Assembly: GCA_006226965.1 (NCBI GenBank)
Contig: SBGQ01000174.1
Coordinates: 27,919 to 91,918, forward strand
Length of the DNA: 64,000 bases
Origin: a bacterium
GTDB taxonomy: Bacteria; Bacteroidota; Rhodothermia; Balneolales; M1805
Direction: 5' to 3'
A model generated the notes under the pieces. It was not told the DNA's origin. It was given only the letters and a program-made list of their open reading frames with translations, and made no database searches. The position numbers and the translations under genes were made by a program. Positions 52,423 to 61,380 of the stretch are shown in pieces (the first letter of the stretch is position 1; each line of letters starts with the position of its first letter).

Positions 52423-53493
52423 ATGATTCGGGTTTTTGTAGTTGATGATTCTGCAATTGTTCGGAAAAAATTAACCGAAGAATTAAATAAATATCCTGAT
52501 ATACAGGTTGTAGGATCGGCTATAGACCCCTATGTAGCACGCGATAAGATAGTTCGTTTAAATCCTGATGTAATTACATTAGATGTTGAAATGCCGCGCA
52601 TGGATGGAATCACGTTCCTAAAAAAAATCATGCGCTTTTTCCCTAAGCCCGTCATTATTATTTCATCGCTAACAAAAGAAGGTTCTGAGTTAGCTCTGGA
52701 AGCATTGGAATCCGGTGCTGTAGATGTTTTATGTAAACCAGGTGGCTCCTATTCTGTTGGTGATTTGAGTATGCAACTGGCGCGAGTTATTCGTGCAGCA
52801 GCAAAAGCAAACATGCGCAATAAGCATGTTTATGATTTTAAAAGTCAAGAGCGTGCACACACGCCAGAAATTCAAAAACCATTAGGCGGCAATCAATTAA
52901 AGCATACTACGGACAAAATTATTGCCATTGGCGCATCTACAGGAGGTACAGAAGCCATCAAACAGGTTTTATATGGTCTTCCTGCAGATTCACCCGGTAT
53001 TGTGATTGTACAGCATATGCCGCCTAAATTCACGACATCCTTTGCCGAGCGTTTAAACTCCTTGGTTCCTTTAGAAGTTAAAGAAGCTGAAGACGGTGAC
53101 CGAGTATTGATGGGAAGAGTGTTAATTGCACCCGGAAATTTCCACATGTTGCTCAAAAAAAGTGGTGCAGATTACTTTGTTCAGGTAAAAGAAGGGCCTA
53201 TGGTTCATCACCACCGACCATCCGTCGATGTATTGTTTCACTCTGTTGCACAAGTTGCGGCTAATAATGCTATCGGTGTTATGCTTACAGGAATGGGTGC
53301 AGATGGGGCTATCGGGTTAAAAGAAATGCACGATAACGGCTCGTTCACTGTTGCGCAAAATGAAGAAAGCTGTGTCGTATATGGAATGCCGCGCGAAGCA
53401 GTAAAGTTAGGTGCAATAGATCGAGTTGAACATATCAATTCTGTTGCATCTGCAATTTTGGATGGGCTCGCCCATTTAAGAAATCATCCTTAA
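52423..53493 (+). CDS. cheB: Chemotaxis response regulator protein-glutamate methylesterase CheB
   Basis: REC motifs VVDDSAIVR...ITLDVEMPRMDG. Esterase motifs GASTGG, VQHMP and TGMGADG. Confidence 0.92.
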   Translation: MIRVFVVDDSAIVRKKLTEELNKYPDIQVVGSAIDPYVARDKIVRLNPDVITLDVEMPRMDGITFLKKIMRFFPKPVIIISSLTKEGSELALEALESGAVDVLCKPGGSYSVGDLSMQLARVIRAAAKANMRNKHVYDFKSQERAHTPEIQKPLGGNQLKHTTDKIIAIGASTGGTEAIKQVLYGLPADSPGIVIVQHMPPKFTTSFAERLNSLVPLEVKEAEDGDRVLMGRVLIAPGNFHMLLKKSGADYFVQVKEGPMVHHHRPSVDVLFHSVAQVAANNAIGVMLTGMGADGAIGLKEMHDNGSFTVAQNEESCVVYGMPREAVKLGAIDRVEHINSVASAILDGLAHLRNHP

Positions 53494-53496
53494 AAT

Positions 53497-53525
53497 AAAA
53501 AAGCCCGCAGTAGCGGGCTTTTTTT
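53497..53525. terminator. Bidirectional intrinsic terminator between cheB (+) and cheZ-like (-)
   Basis: AAAAAAGCCCGC-AGTA-GCGGGCTTTTTTT. Confidence 0.7.
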
Positions 53526-54198
53526 ATCCGAATAAATCGTCAATATCATCTTGGTTAAAGGAAGCAGCTGGAGCTTGTTTCTCTGTATTTGGCGCAGGTG
53601 AATCAGCAGTTAATCTGTGATCAACGTGAATTTTTGTATCCATAATTTTATGGAATTTTTCAATGTTGACACCAAATGTGGTAAGAATATTTTCTTTGAT
53701 TTCTTCTTCAATATGAAGCTCATATACTCTGGTAAACAACTGTAGCATTTTTTGCTGTATTTCAGCCATAACCTTACGCACATGAACTAATTTTTGTGAA
53801 ACGATATCATGGAACTGTAGGGCTGTCATAATAGCCATTGCATCGGTTCTGATTTCGCTTAACATTTGTGAAGCTTCTGTATCATCAGGATTTTGTGCCA
53901 TTTCCAATGAATCAATTTGACTCATAATATGCTCAACGCGATTCATGATTTGATAAGTAGCATCGGTAGTTTCAGCAACGGCTGTATCTAACTCATTTGC
54001 GGCATCCGGCATTAAACCGGTTGTATTCATGATAGACTCAGAAACATCATTCAACAATGGTGATACTTCTTTTAAGAACACAAATAACTCTTCCAAAAAC
54101 GGCAGAATACCTTCACCGAAAGCAAATAGACTTTTAATTTGTTTAATTCGTGTTAAAATCTCGCCGTAATCATCATTTTTAATCATATTCGATCCCAT
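53524..54198 (-). CDS. cheZ: CheZ-like CheY-P phosphatase
   Basis: D-x3-Q catalytic spacing in LQFHDIVSQKLVHV (compare E. coli QDLTGQ). The acidic C-terminal peptide NQDDIDDLFG resembles the CheY-binding tail DQVDDLLDSLGF. 224 aa, immediately downstream of cheY. Confidence 0.65.
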   Translation of the reverse strand: MGSNMIKNDDYGEILTRIKQIKSLFAFGEGILPFLEELFVFLKEVSPLLNDVSESIMNTTGLMPDAANELDTAVAETTDATYQIMNRVEHIMSQIDSLEMAQNPDDTEASQMLSEIRTDAMAIMTALQFHDIVSQKLVHVRKVMAEIQQKMLQLFTRVYELHIEEEIKENILTTFGVNIEKFHKIMDTKIHVDHRLTADSPAPNTEKQAPAASFNQDDIDDLFG

Positions 54199-54221
54199 TT
54201 AATCCCCTTCTGCGTTACAGC

Positions 54222-54593
54222 TTAGGAAAGTAGTTTTTGAATTTTTTGTTCGAGTGTTTCCGGTGTAAAAGGCTTCACAATGTAATTGTTTACACCAGCT
54301 TGAACTGCTTGTAAAACATCATCTTTCATTCCACGAGTAGTAATCATGAGAACAGGCAAAGCCTCATACTCAGGAGTTGCTCGTAACTCCGTAACAAACT
54401 CTAAGCCGTTCATTTCCGGCATATTCCAGTCAGTTACAACAAAGTTAATCGGATGTTCTTTCAACTGTTGGAGAGCTTCTTTCCCATTGCCTGCTTCAAC
54501 AGATTCCCTGTGTCCAAGACGCTCTAAGGTATTTTTAATAATTCTTCGCATCGTAGGCGAGTCATCAACAATCAGAATAAAAAGATTACTCAT
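54222..54593 (-). CDS. cheY: Chemotaxis response regulator CheY
   Basis: LIVDDSPTMRRI...VVTDWNMPEMNGLEF...MITTRG...YIVKPFT. 123 aa. Confidence 0.9.
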   Translation of the reverse strand: MSNLFILIVDDSPTMRRIIKNTLERLGHRESVEAGNGKEALQQLKEHPINFVVTDWNMPEMNGLEFVTELRATPEYEALPVLMITTRGMKDDVLQAVQAGVNNYIVKPFTPETLEQKIQKLLS

Positions 54594-54712
54594 AATAATT
54601 TAAAGGCTTTGTTAAACCCTATTAGTTAAAAAGTGATACTGGTTTAGTCTTTAAAATCTTGGTTATTATAGCAAATACCCATCAAAAAACACTCTTTTTT
54701 TTATCCAAATAT

Positions 54713-55939
54713 TTAAGATTGTTCAATTTTTTGAATCAGTTCTTGATATTTGTTTATCAATGTTTTTTGATACAGCTTAACATGTTGTTTTTCAAAAACC
54801 TTTACGGCCTCTTTTAACACATGAACCGCTGCTGCTTTATTTCCCAACATCATTTCATTTTTAGCGATAATTGAATAAACATGCGAAGACATCGGGCTTA
54901 CCTCAATCGCTTTGTACAGGTTACTTAAAGAACGTTTCAAATACCCGTCATGAATATCCATTAAAGATAAATTTGTATATGCGTTTACCAAGTTCGGTAG
55001 CAGCGCAAAGTCTTCATCTCCCAAAAGTTTTCCTTTTGGCGGATTATTGCAAATTTCTACAAATTGATTATAAAACGTTCTTGCAGCTTCTAATTCACCA
55101 ATTTTTTGCATCATTAAAGCTCTGTAATAACTTAATTCCGGGAAAGCCAGTTCATTAGGAATGGTCTTTTCTATATCGGCAAACCCTTGAATGTTCTGAG
55201 ATTCCGTTAAATGGGCGAATACAATTCTGTACACATGAGATCTCACAGGATAGGTAACTCCCAAATTCAGCGCTTTTACACATGCTTTGTAAGCTTCTTC
55301 CGATTTCCCCATCGACATATAACTTTGAGCCGCATAATAATGATTAAAGGGGTCTTTGGGGTTTTCTTTGATTACGTTCAGCAAGATTTGCAAATTCCTC
55401 TCAGACTTTGCTTCATTATTTACATCTTTTGCATAGCCTTTATGCAAAATTTGAGCATCGCTTTGCCCAATAATTCCTGATGAAATAATGATGTTCTCGT
55501 GAATTTTAAATTTATAATGAATCTCAGGGTGATTTCTGTAGAAACGAATGAGCTTATGGGTTAATAGTATTTCGTCGGATGATGCATCTCTTAAGTTATG
55601 AAGTTGCACATAAAATCCGTCGTTATCTAACCATGGGTATGTATCAAAAAACCAAGGTACTGTGTCTTGTATAATTTCCTCATCTGCATCGAGCTGTAAA
55701 ATCCAAGGGTTTGTTGCTTTAGAAATAGACTCGTTTCGAGCCGCAGAAAAATCTCCAATCCACTCAAAATACGATACTTTAGCTCCGTTCTCTTTCGCTA
55801 TTTCAACGGTTCTGTCAGTTGAACCGGTATCTACTACGATTATTTCGTTAACCCAATCTTTTACTGATTTTAAGCAAGAATCCAGATATTGCTCTTCATT
55901 TTTGGTAATCAGACAAACAGAAATCGGCAAACGCTTCAT
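54713..55939 (-). CDS. GT2 glycosyltransferase fused to TPR repeats
   Basis: ISVCLITKNEEQYLDSCLKSV...IIVVDTGSTDRT...QLDADE is a GT-A signature. The C-terminal half is TPR-like. Confidence 0.8.
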   Translation of the reverse strand: MKRLPISVCLITKNEEQYLDSCLKSVKDWVNEIIVVDTGSTDRTVEIAKENGAKVSYFEWIGDFSAARNESISKATNPWILQLDADEEIIQDTVPWFFDTYPWLDNDGFYVQLHNLRDASSDEILLTHKLIRFYRNHPEIHYKFKIHENIIISSGIIGQSDAQILHKGYAKDVNNEAKSERNLQILLNVIKENPKDPFNHYYAAQSYMSMGKSEEAYKACVKALNLGVTYPVRSHVYRIVFAHLTESQNIQGFADIEKTIPNELAFPELSYYRALMMQKIGELEAARTFYNQFVEICNNPPKGKLLGDEDFALLPNLVNAYTNLSLMDIHDGYLKRSLSNLYKAIEVSPMSSHVYSIIAKNEMMLGNKAAAVHVLKEAVKVFEKQHVKLYQKTLINKYQELIQKIEQS

Positions 55940-55949
55940 CAGAAAGAAA

Positions 55950-56465
55950 TTATGCTTGAGATTTTAGAGCATTAGCAACATCATAATAGGTCTGTGCTTT
56001 TTCATCCATTCCGACACGCATCATCAAATCGCCCATCATTTCAAAATTTTCCGGGTCTTCTTGTTTTGTTTGAATGCGCACAGTTAAATAATCAATTGCT
56101 TCTTGCACATGGTTACTTACAATCATCCAGAGAACCATATTTCGGTGTGCAGGCTCGTAATCTTCTAAAGAAATTGCTTCTGAAAAATCAGCTTTTGCAC
56201 TTGGCAATTCGCTAAGATTTAAATAGGCAAACCCTCTGAAGTTAAACAATGCGGGATCGTAAGGTGATTGCTCTATAGCTTTGGTTAACGCGGTAATAGA
56301 CTCTTCCCATTTTGCACTCGATTGATGAACCAATCCCTCAATATGAAAACCGACTGATTGTTTTGGCGCAGCTTTTTGAATCTGTAATGCTAACGCTAAG
56401 GCTTCATCAAGCTTTTCTTGCTCTAAGGCTTCAATTCCTTTAGCAATTAATTCGTTTACTTCCAT
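55950..56465 (-). CDS. TPR repeat protein
   Basis: 171 aa of TPR-like helical hairpins (ALFNFRGFAYLNLSELPSAKADFSEAISLED). Confidence 0.6.
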   Translation of the reverse strand: MEVNELIAKGIEALEQEKLDEALALALQIQKAAPKQSVGFHIEGLVHQSSAKWEESITALTKAIEQSPYDPALFNFRGFAYLNLSELPSAKADFSEAISLEDYEPAHRNMVLWMIVSNHVQEAIDYLTVRIQTKQEDPENFEMMGDLMMRVGMDEKAQTYYDVANALKSQA

Positions 56466-56471
56466 ATTACC

Positions 56472-56726
56472 CTACTCTGCTTTCTCTTTAGAATCTGCAT
56501 TCTTTTTTAAAAAACCCGGTATTTCTTCTATACTTGGCTTTTTAATAGCCAGACCTTTTGTGTTTTCTTCTTTTACAATCGTATAAATTTCTTCTCGTAA
56601 AATGGATACATCTTTGGGTGCGTTAATACCCAATTTTATTTGACGTCCTTTTACCTCAATAATGGTAATGGTAATATCACCGCCAATTTGAATCGATTCA
56701 TTTTCTTTTCTTGAAAGTACTAGCAT
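56472..56726 (-). CDS. csrA: Carbon storage regulator CsrA (flagellar type)
   Basis: [48 protein letters not shown] is canonical CsrA. The internal ATG at 56726 is preferred; the track start would overlap fliW. Confidence 0.88.
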   Translation of the reverse strand: MLVLSRKENESIQIGGDITITIIEVKGRQIKLGINAPKDVSILREEIYTIVKEENTKGLAIKKPSIEEIPGFLKKNADSKEKAE

Positions 56727-56736
56727 GTGGTGAATT

Positions 56737-57147
56737 TTACTCGTTACCTGTTTTATCAAAAACTAATTGTTTCCCAAGACGTTTTTCCGGATCTATAACT
56801 ATTGGAGCCCGCAAGCTAACCTGCTTAACTGATTGATCCAGTTTTAAAATTACATAGGAAACATATTCAGGCGATGTTTTTAAAGTCTTGTCCAACATTG
56901 GTTTAAAAAACTGCCTTGATTCGCTGTCAAAATCGTTAAAATCTATTGTACTGGTTTTCACTAAAGGAAAATGATATACGCCATTAGTTGAAATCATCCA
57001 GATAATCGGGTCGTATTCTTCTATGCTAACCATTGCATAGTCTGTTACTTTTTCCAAACCCGGTATTCCTTGGTCAAAATGAACTATCGCACCCTCATCT
57101 ACACTAAATAGCCCAAAAATTTTAGATAATATCTCCACTTTTTCCAT
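56737..57147 (-). CDS. fliW: Flagellar assembly factor FliW
   Basis: 136 aa. [17 protein letters not shown]...PIIWMIS matches the FliW pattern. Adjacent to csrA. Confidence 0.85.
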   Translation of the reverse strand: MEKVEILSKIFGLFSVDEGAIVHFDQGIPGLEKVTDYAMVSIEEYDPIIWMISTNGVYHFPLVKTSTIDFNDFDSESRQFFKPMLDKTLKTSPEYVSYVILKLDQSVKQVSLRAPIVIDPEKRLGKQLVFDKTGNE

Positions 57148-57165
57148 TTTACATTAAACATCCGA

Positions 57166-58053
57166 TTATAAATAATTGAGTAATGACAATTGTGACATTC
57201 TCGATGTAACGGCTAAAGCCGCCTGATAGGCAACATCCAAATTTTGTAATTGAGTAGCAACTTCAGCGTAATCTGTATCCATTAAACGACTTACCTGATT
57301 TGCTAAATTGATATTGGTTGATTCGTATTGCTCGTATGCATATTCCATCTGATTAATGGCGTTACCGATGCGTCCCCCAACGCGAGCAACATATTCAACA
57401 GCTAAATTCACGTTCTCTAATTCTGCATTTACCGCACTCGCATCTTGCGCTCTCATAGCCGTTTCAATGCGACCTAATAAATCAAATACAGACTCAGAGT
57501 TATAATCAAACAAAGTCTCACCCGACGGAGCGATAGTTACATCCGTAGTTCCATTTGCTTTAATCACTAAATCCTGATTATTTCCTTCGTAAGTAACCGT
57601 TGTACCGCTTAGTGAATAAGCCGGTGCCTGTGTTCTGGTGCCGGCAAAAATATATCTTCCGTTTGCCTGAGTATTCGCTAAATCGACCAGTTTTTCTCGA
57701 ATGGCAGCCACATTATCAGCTAATGTTTCCATGTCGCTATCGGTTAATGCAGAACCGTTTGCACCCTTTGTTGTAAGGGTTTTTAAATCGAATAATTGCT
57801 CCAGCATTGATGTAATGGAATCGTCAACTATACGAGCTTGCTCTATTCCGTTTGCTAAATTTGATTGATACTGTTCATTTCGGCTAATGATTGATTTTTT
57901 TTCTTCGCCGGTACCGTATGCTAACGCATCATCAGAAGGCAGACTTACTCTTTTTTGACTCGCCAATTGCTTGTTTAAAGTCGCATATTTGCTTCGATTT
58001 TTATTGAGCTCAGCTAATAAATTATCAATAACGCCATTTTGAGTAACTCGCAT
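57166..58053 (-). CDS. flgL: Flagellar hook-associated protein 3 FlgL
   Basis: Flagellin-like N and C termini (MRVTQNG...; ..DYAEVATQLQNLDVAYQAALAVTSRM). Located downstream of flgK. Confidence 0.85.
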   Translation of the reverse strand: MRVTQNGVIDNLLAELNKNRSKYATLNKQLASQKRVSLPSDDALAYGTGEEKKSIISRNEQYQSNLANGIEQARIVDDSITSMLEQLFDLKTLTTKGANGSALTDSDMETLADNVAAIREKLVDLANTQANGRYIFAGTRTQAPAYSLSGTTVTYEGNNQDLVIKANGTTDVTIAPSGETLFDYNSESVFDLLGRIETAMRAQDASAVNAELENVNLAVEYVARVGGRIGNAINQMEYAYEQYESTNINLANQVSRLMDTDYAEVATQLQNLDVAYQAALAVTSRMSQLSLLNYL

Positions 58054-58065
58054 CTTAACCTCCTA

Positions 58066-59424
58066 TTAAATCAGCGATAGAACCGTATCGTACATATCCT
58101 GAACGGTTGCTATAACCCGTGCAGATGCTTGATATGCATTTTGGAATTTAATCATATTTGCCAATTCCTCGTCCATATTTACACCGGAAATTTCTTCCTG
58201 CTGACTTTCTAACATCAATTTAGAAGACTCAGCCGATTCCACACGTGTGCGCAAATTATTTAACGCAAACCCGGTTTCAGATGAGATGGATAAAGAATAT
58301 TCGATAAAGGATTTGTCACCGACAGCACTGGTTGAATCAATCAACCCAAAAATATTTCTGGCAACAGTGCTATTGCCATTAGCGCCGGCTGTATCTGATG
58401 CAGCAATTCTGCTCACATCATTTGCTAAAAATGAACTTATTGAAATTGTACTTGCCGTTGTATTAGCAGAATCAAAAAACTCATTTCCGGTGTTCCCGTT
58501 CAAATCGAAACCGTTAACATGCAAGGCATTCACTTTCTCAACAACATTTTGAGCCAATGAATCCAGTTTTTCTTTGAAAGACGGTAAAACTTGAGAATAT
58601 ACCTCAACTGAAGCGCCTAACTTGCCGCCAACATCTTTTACGGTTCTTCCATTATTGAGACGTAAACGAAAAACGTTGTTCACAGAATCGAATTCCGGTT
58701 CAACTACGGATGCTTTTCCGCTTTGAACAACTACGATATTACCCATGCGAACTTCAGCCATTCCTGTTGAATCGTAAATCACATTTACATCAACATATTG
58801 TGCTAAATCATTTAAACGCTGATTTCGCAAATCCAATGAATAGTTATCTGGCTGTCCGGTTGAAGCACCGTTTGCAATAGCAACATTTAAACGAGCAATA
58901 TCTGCTGTTAAACGGTTTACTTCATCAATAACCATGGTAGAATCTTTAACCAGGCTATTTTGAATTTCGTCAAGTGAAGTTGATAATTCACCAAATCGTG
59001 TTGTTAAATTTTGAGCCGAAAACAACACATTTTCACGTAATGCTAAACTTTCAGGATTGTTTGATAATTCTGAAAATGAGTTAAAGAAACTGGTGATTAA
59101 TTTATCTAAATCGTTATCTGCACCAGAAGCGAATAATACTTCTAACTGCTCGTAAACTTTAATTTTTTCGTTGAATTCGCCTACTTCACCTTCTTTTTGG
59201 CGAACCTGAGCATCGATAATAGAATCGCGCAATTGAGTCACTTGTGCAACGTTCACGCCTAATCCAATCGACATCCCGTTGCTTTTATAATCAAGCGGTA
59301 CAAGGTCAGCACGTTGACGTGTATATCCTGGAGTTGCAGCATTGGCTATATTTTGGCCGATCACATCAAGTGAGCGTTGCCCTGCAAACATGCCTCTTTT
59401 TCCAATTTCGAGTAACTCGCGCAT
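58066..59424 (-). CDS. flgK: Flagellar hook-associated protein 1 FlgK
   Basis: N-terminal GMFAGQRSLDVIGQNIANAATPGYTRQ and C-terminal GVNMDEELANMIKFQNAYQASARVI. Confidence 0.9.
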   Translation of the reverse strand: MRELLEIGKRGMFAGQRSLDVIGQNIANAATPGYTRQRADLVPLDYKSNGMSIGLGVNVAQVTQLRDSIIDAQVRQKEGEVGEFNEKIKVYEQLEVLFASGADNDLDKLITSFFNSFSELSNNPESLALRENVLFSAQNLTTRFGELSTSLDEIQNSLVKDSTMVIDEVNRLTADIARLNVAIANGASTGQPDNYSLDLRNQRLNDLAQYVDVNVIYDSTGMAEVRMGNIVVVQSGKASVVEPEFDSVNNVFRLRLNNGRTVKDVGGKLGASVEVYSQVLPSFKEKLDSLAQNVVEKVNALHVNGFDLNGNTGNEFFDSANTTASTISISSFLANDVSRIAASDTAGANGNSTVARNIFGLIDSTSAVGDKSFIEYSLSISSETGFALNNLRTRVESAESSKLMLESQQEEISGVNMDEELANMIKFQNAYQASARVIATVQDMYDTVLSLI

Positions 59425-59432
59425 AGAATGTC

Positions 59433-59939
59433 CTAAACGGTTTGGTTAATCAGTTTTGATGAAATCGGAGCCAATGCTTTTTTACCTGTCGATTTATAAT
59501 GTGTGCTGCTTGCATCAGACAACTGAAAAATAGCGCGCATGGTTTCAGCCACGTGTTCTTGCGCAAATTGCAATAATTGTAACAAATGAACTTGCTTGCT
59601 CTTTGTTTTGTGAATTACGTCTTTTAACGCATCACGCAATTCAACAATCTCTTCATCACTGCGATCGATATAAGGTAAAAGTGTGGTGAGCGAATAGGAT
59701 TTTGTTTTCACTTTGATTGAATTGAAAGCAATAATCAACGACTGACGAAATTCTTCTTCCAAACTATTAATGGTTGAATTCACTGTATTCTGATGTTCAA
59801 TATGTTCGTTCAATTCTTCCAATTGTTGGCGAACCACACACTGAATCTGTAAGGAAATAAGTGAATGAGCCTGATCGAACTGTTCGATAAGGTTGCGAAG
59901 AAGATCTTTAATCGTATTCAGATTTGAAATAACAGCCAT
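59433..59939 (-). CDS. flgN: Putative FlgN-like export chaperone
   Basis: 168-aa helical protein directly upstream of flgK. The call is by position and composition only. Confidence 0.4.
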   Translation of the reverse strand: MAVISNLNTIKDLLRNLIEQFDQAHSLISLQIQCVVRQQLEELNEHIEHQNTVNSTINSLEEEFRQSLIIAFNSIKVKTKSYSLTTLLPYIDRSDEEIVELRDALKDVIHKTKSKQVHLLQLLQFAQEHVAETMRAIFQLSDASSTHYKSTGKKALAPISSKLINQTV

Positions 59940-59947
59940 GTGACTTC

Positions 59948-60235
59948 CTATTCTTTGATTTTCCAGTGCTTCATAACTAAATCGGCCATACCAAGCTTGC
60001 GTTGATTTGCGATTTCGTTAGCAAGACTTTCTGTGATATGTTCACGATATAAGCCAAAAGAACCGGCTCCTATCGCGTTATCGTCCATTTTAAAACTCCC
60101 TTTAGTCATTTCCTCGACTAGGTGCTTTGCAAACAAACGTTCAAATTCCATTGCCATTTCACGCTTCTTTTCTAATAAAGCGTCATTTTTGGACTCTTTT
60201 AAATTGATGGGACCATGTAGTGGTTTTATTTCCAT
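59948..60235 (-). CDS. Rod-binding protein (FlgJ N-terminal domain-like, no muramidase domain)
   Basis: EFERLFAKHLVEEMTKGSF matches the rod-binding family pattern. 95 aa, downstream of flgI. Confidence 0.65.
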   Translation of the reverse strand: MEIKPLHGPINLKESKNDALLEKKREMAMEFERLFAKHLVEEMTKGSFKMDDNAIGAGSFGLYREHITESLANEIANQRKLGMADLVMKHWKIKE

Positions 60236-60251
60236 GATTAGATTTTCCTAA

Positions 60252-61376
60252 TTACATGATTACCAGTTCAGCCTTTAGGGCGCCTGCCTGATGTATCGCC
60301 TGAAATATGGCAATGATATCACGCGGACTTAATCCCAAAGTGTTTAATGCCGCAGCTAACGAGGTCACATTTGTATTAGGTTCTAACACAAATGTTTTAT
60401 TCGGCCCTTCTGTTATGCTAGCTGATGAAATATTTCCTGATATGGTTTCTCCGCCAACTGATAAGGGCGCAGGCTGAGATACAAACGGCGTTTCTTGTGT
60501 TGCAATTCGAATATTTCCGTGGCTAACCAAAACCTCGGCAATGCGAACTGTCCCTCCGGCTACAATGGTTCCAGTACGTTCATTAATAACCACACGTGCA
60601 GGTGTTTCCGTTTCTATTTCCAATTCAAAAATCTGACTTACAAAACGGTTTAATTCACTCAACTCCGTTAATTGTGCCGGCCAGTTTACATATATCAATC
60701 CGGCATTATGCACATTTGCCAAGGGTGCGCTGTATGTCTGATTAATTATTTCAGCTATACGGTCGGCATTGGCATACGAAGGTTTAGAAAGCACCAAACC
60801 AAGCGGTTGGTTTCTATCTAATTGAAAAGAACCATTACTCATTACAATTCCGCCATTCGGAACAGCACCGGTCAATGTTTGGTTTTGAGTAACACGCGAA
60901 CCGGGAATCTCGGCAGTTATACCACCAACGACTAATGGTCCTTGTGCTTTTACATAATAATCTTTGTCTTCGGGGTCTATCAACGGCGTTTGTAATAAAA
61001 CACCTCCAACTAAACTTGTTGCATCACCCAAAGAAGAAACGGTAACATCGACATTACTTCCTAATGCATTATATGGCGTTAAACGTGCCGTAACCATAAC
61101 TGCCGCAACGTTTCGGGTACGCATTAAATCCGGATCAACATTAATCCCAAAATTCTGGAGCATATTGGCAATTGACTGCACAGTAAATGCAGCTCCTTGT
61201 CTACGAATTGTTCGGTCACCTGTACGATCGAGACCTGTAACCAAACCATAACCAATTATAACACGGTCGTTTGCACCAAGTACTTTGGTCAAATCTCGGA
61301 GCTTCGTTTGTGCAAAAACTCCTTGTACACTAACTATAATTACTAAAAAAAGGAATGCAAACTTCTTCATATTCAA
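60252..61376 (-). CDS. flgI: Flagellar P-ring protein FlgI
   Basis: LRDLTKVLGANDRVIIGYGLVTGLDRTGD and the C-terminal ...DIIAIFQAIHQAGALKAELVIM. Confidence 0.92.
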   Translation of the reverse strand: MNMKKFAFLFLVIIVSVQGVFAQTKLRDLTKVLGANDRVIIGYGLVTGLDRTGDRTIRRQGAAFTVQSIANMLQNFGINVDPDLMRTRNVAAVMVTARLTPYNALGSNVDVTVSSLGDATSLVGGVLLQTPLIDPEDKDYYVKAQGPLVVGGITAEIPGSRVTQNQTLTGAVPNGGIVMSNGSFQLDRNQPLGLVLSKPSYANADRIAEIINQTYSAPLANVHNAGLIYVNWPAQLTELSELNRFVSQIFELEIETETPARVVINERTGTIVAGGTVRIAEVLVSHGNIRIATQETPFVSQPAPLSVGGETISGNISSASITEGPNKTFVLEPNTNVTSLAAALNTLGLSPRDIIAIFQAIHQAGALKAELVIM

Positions 61377-61380
61377 TTAC

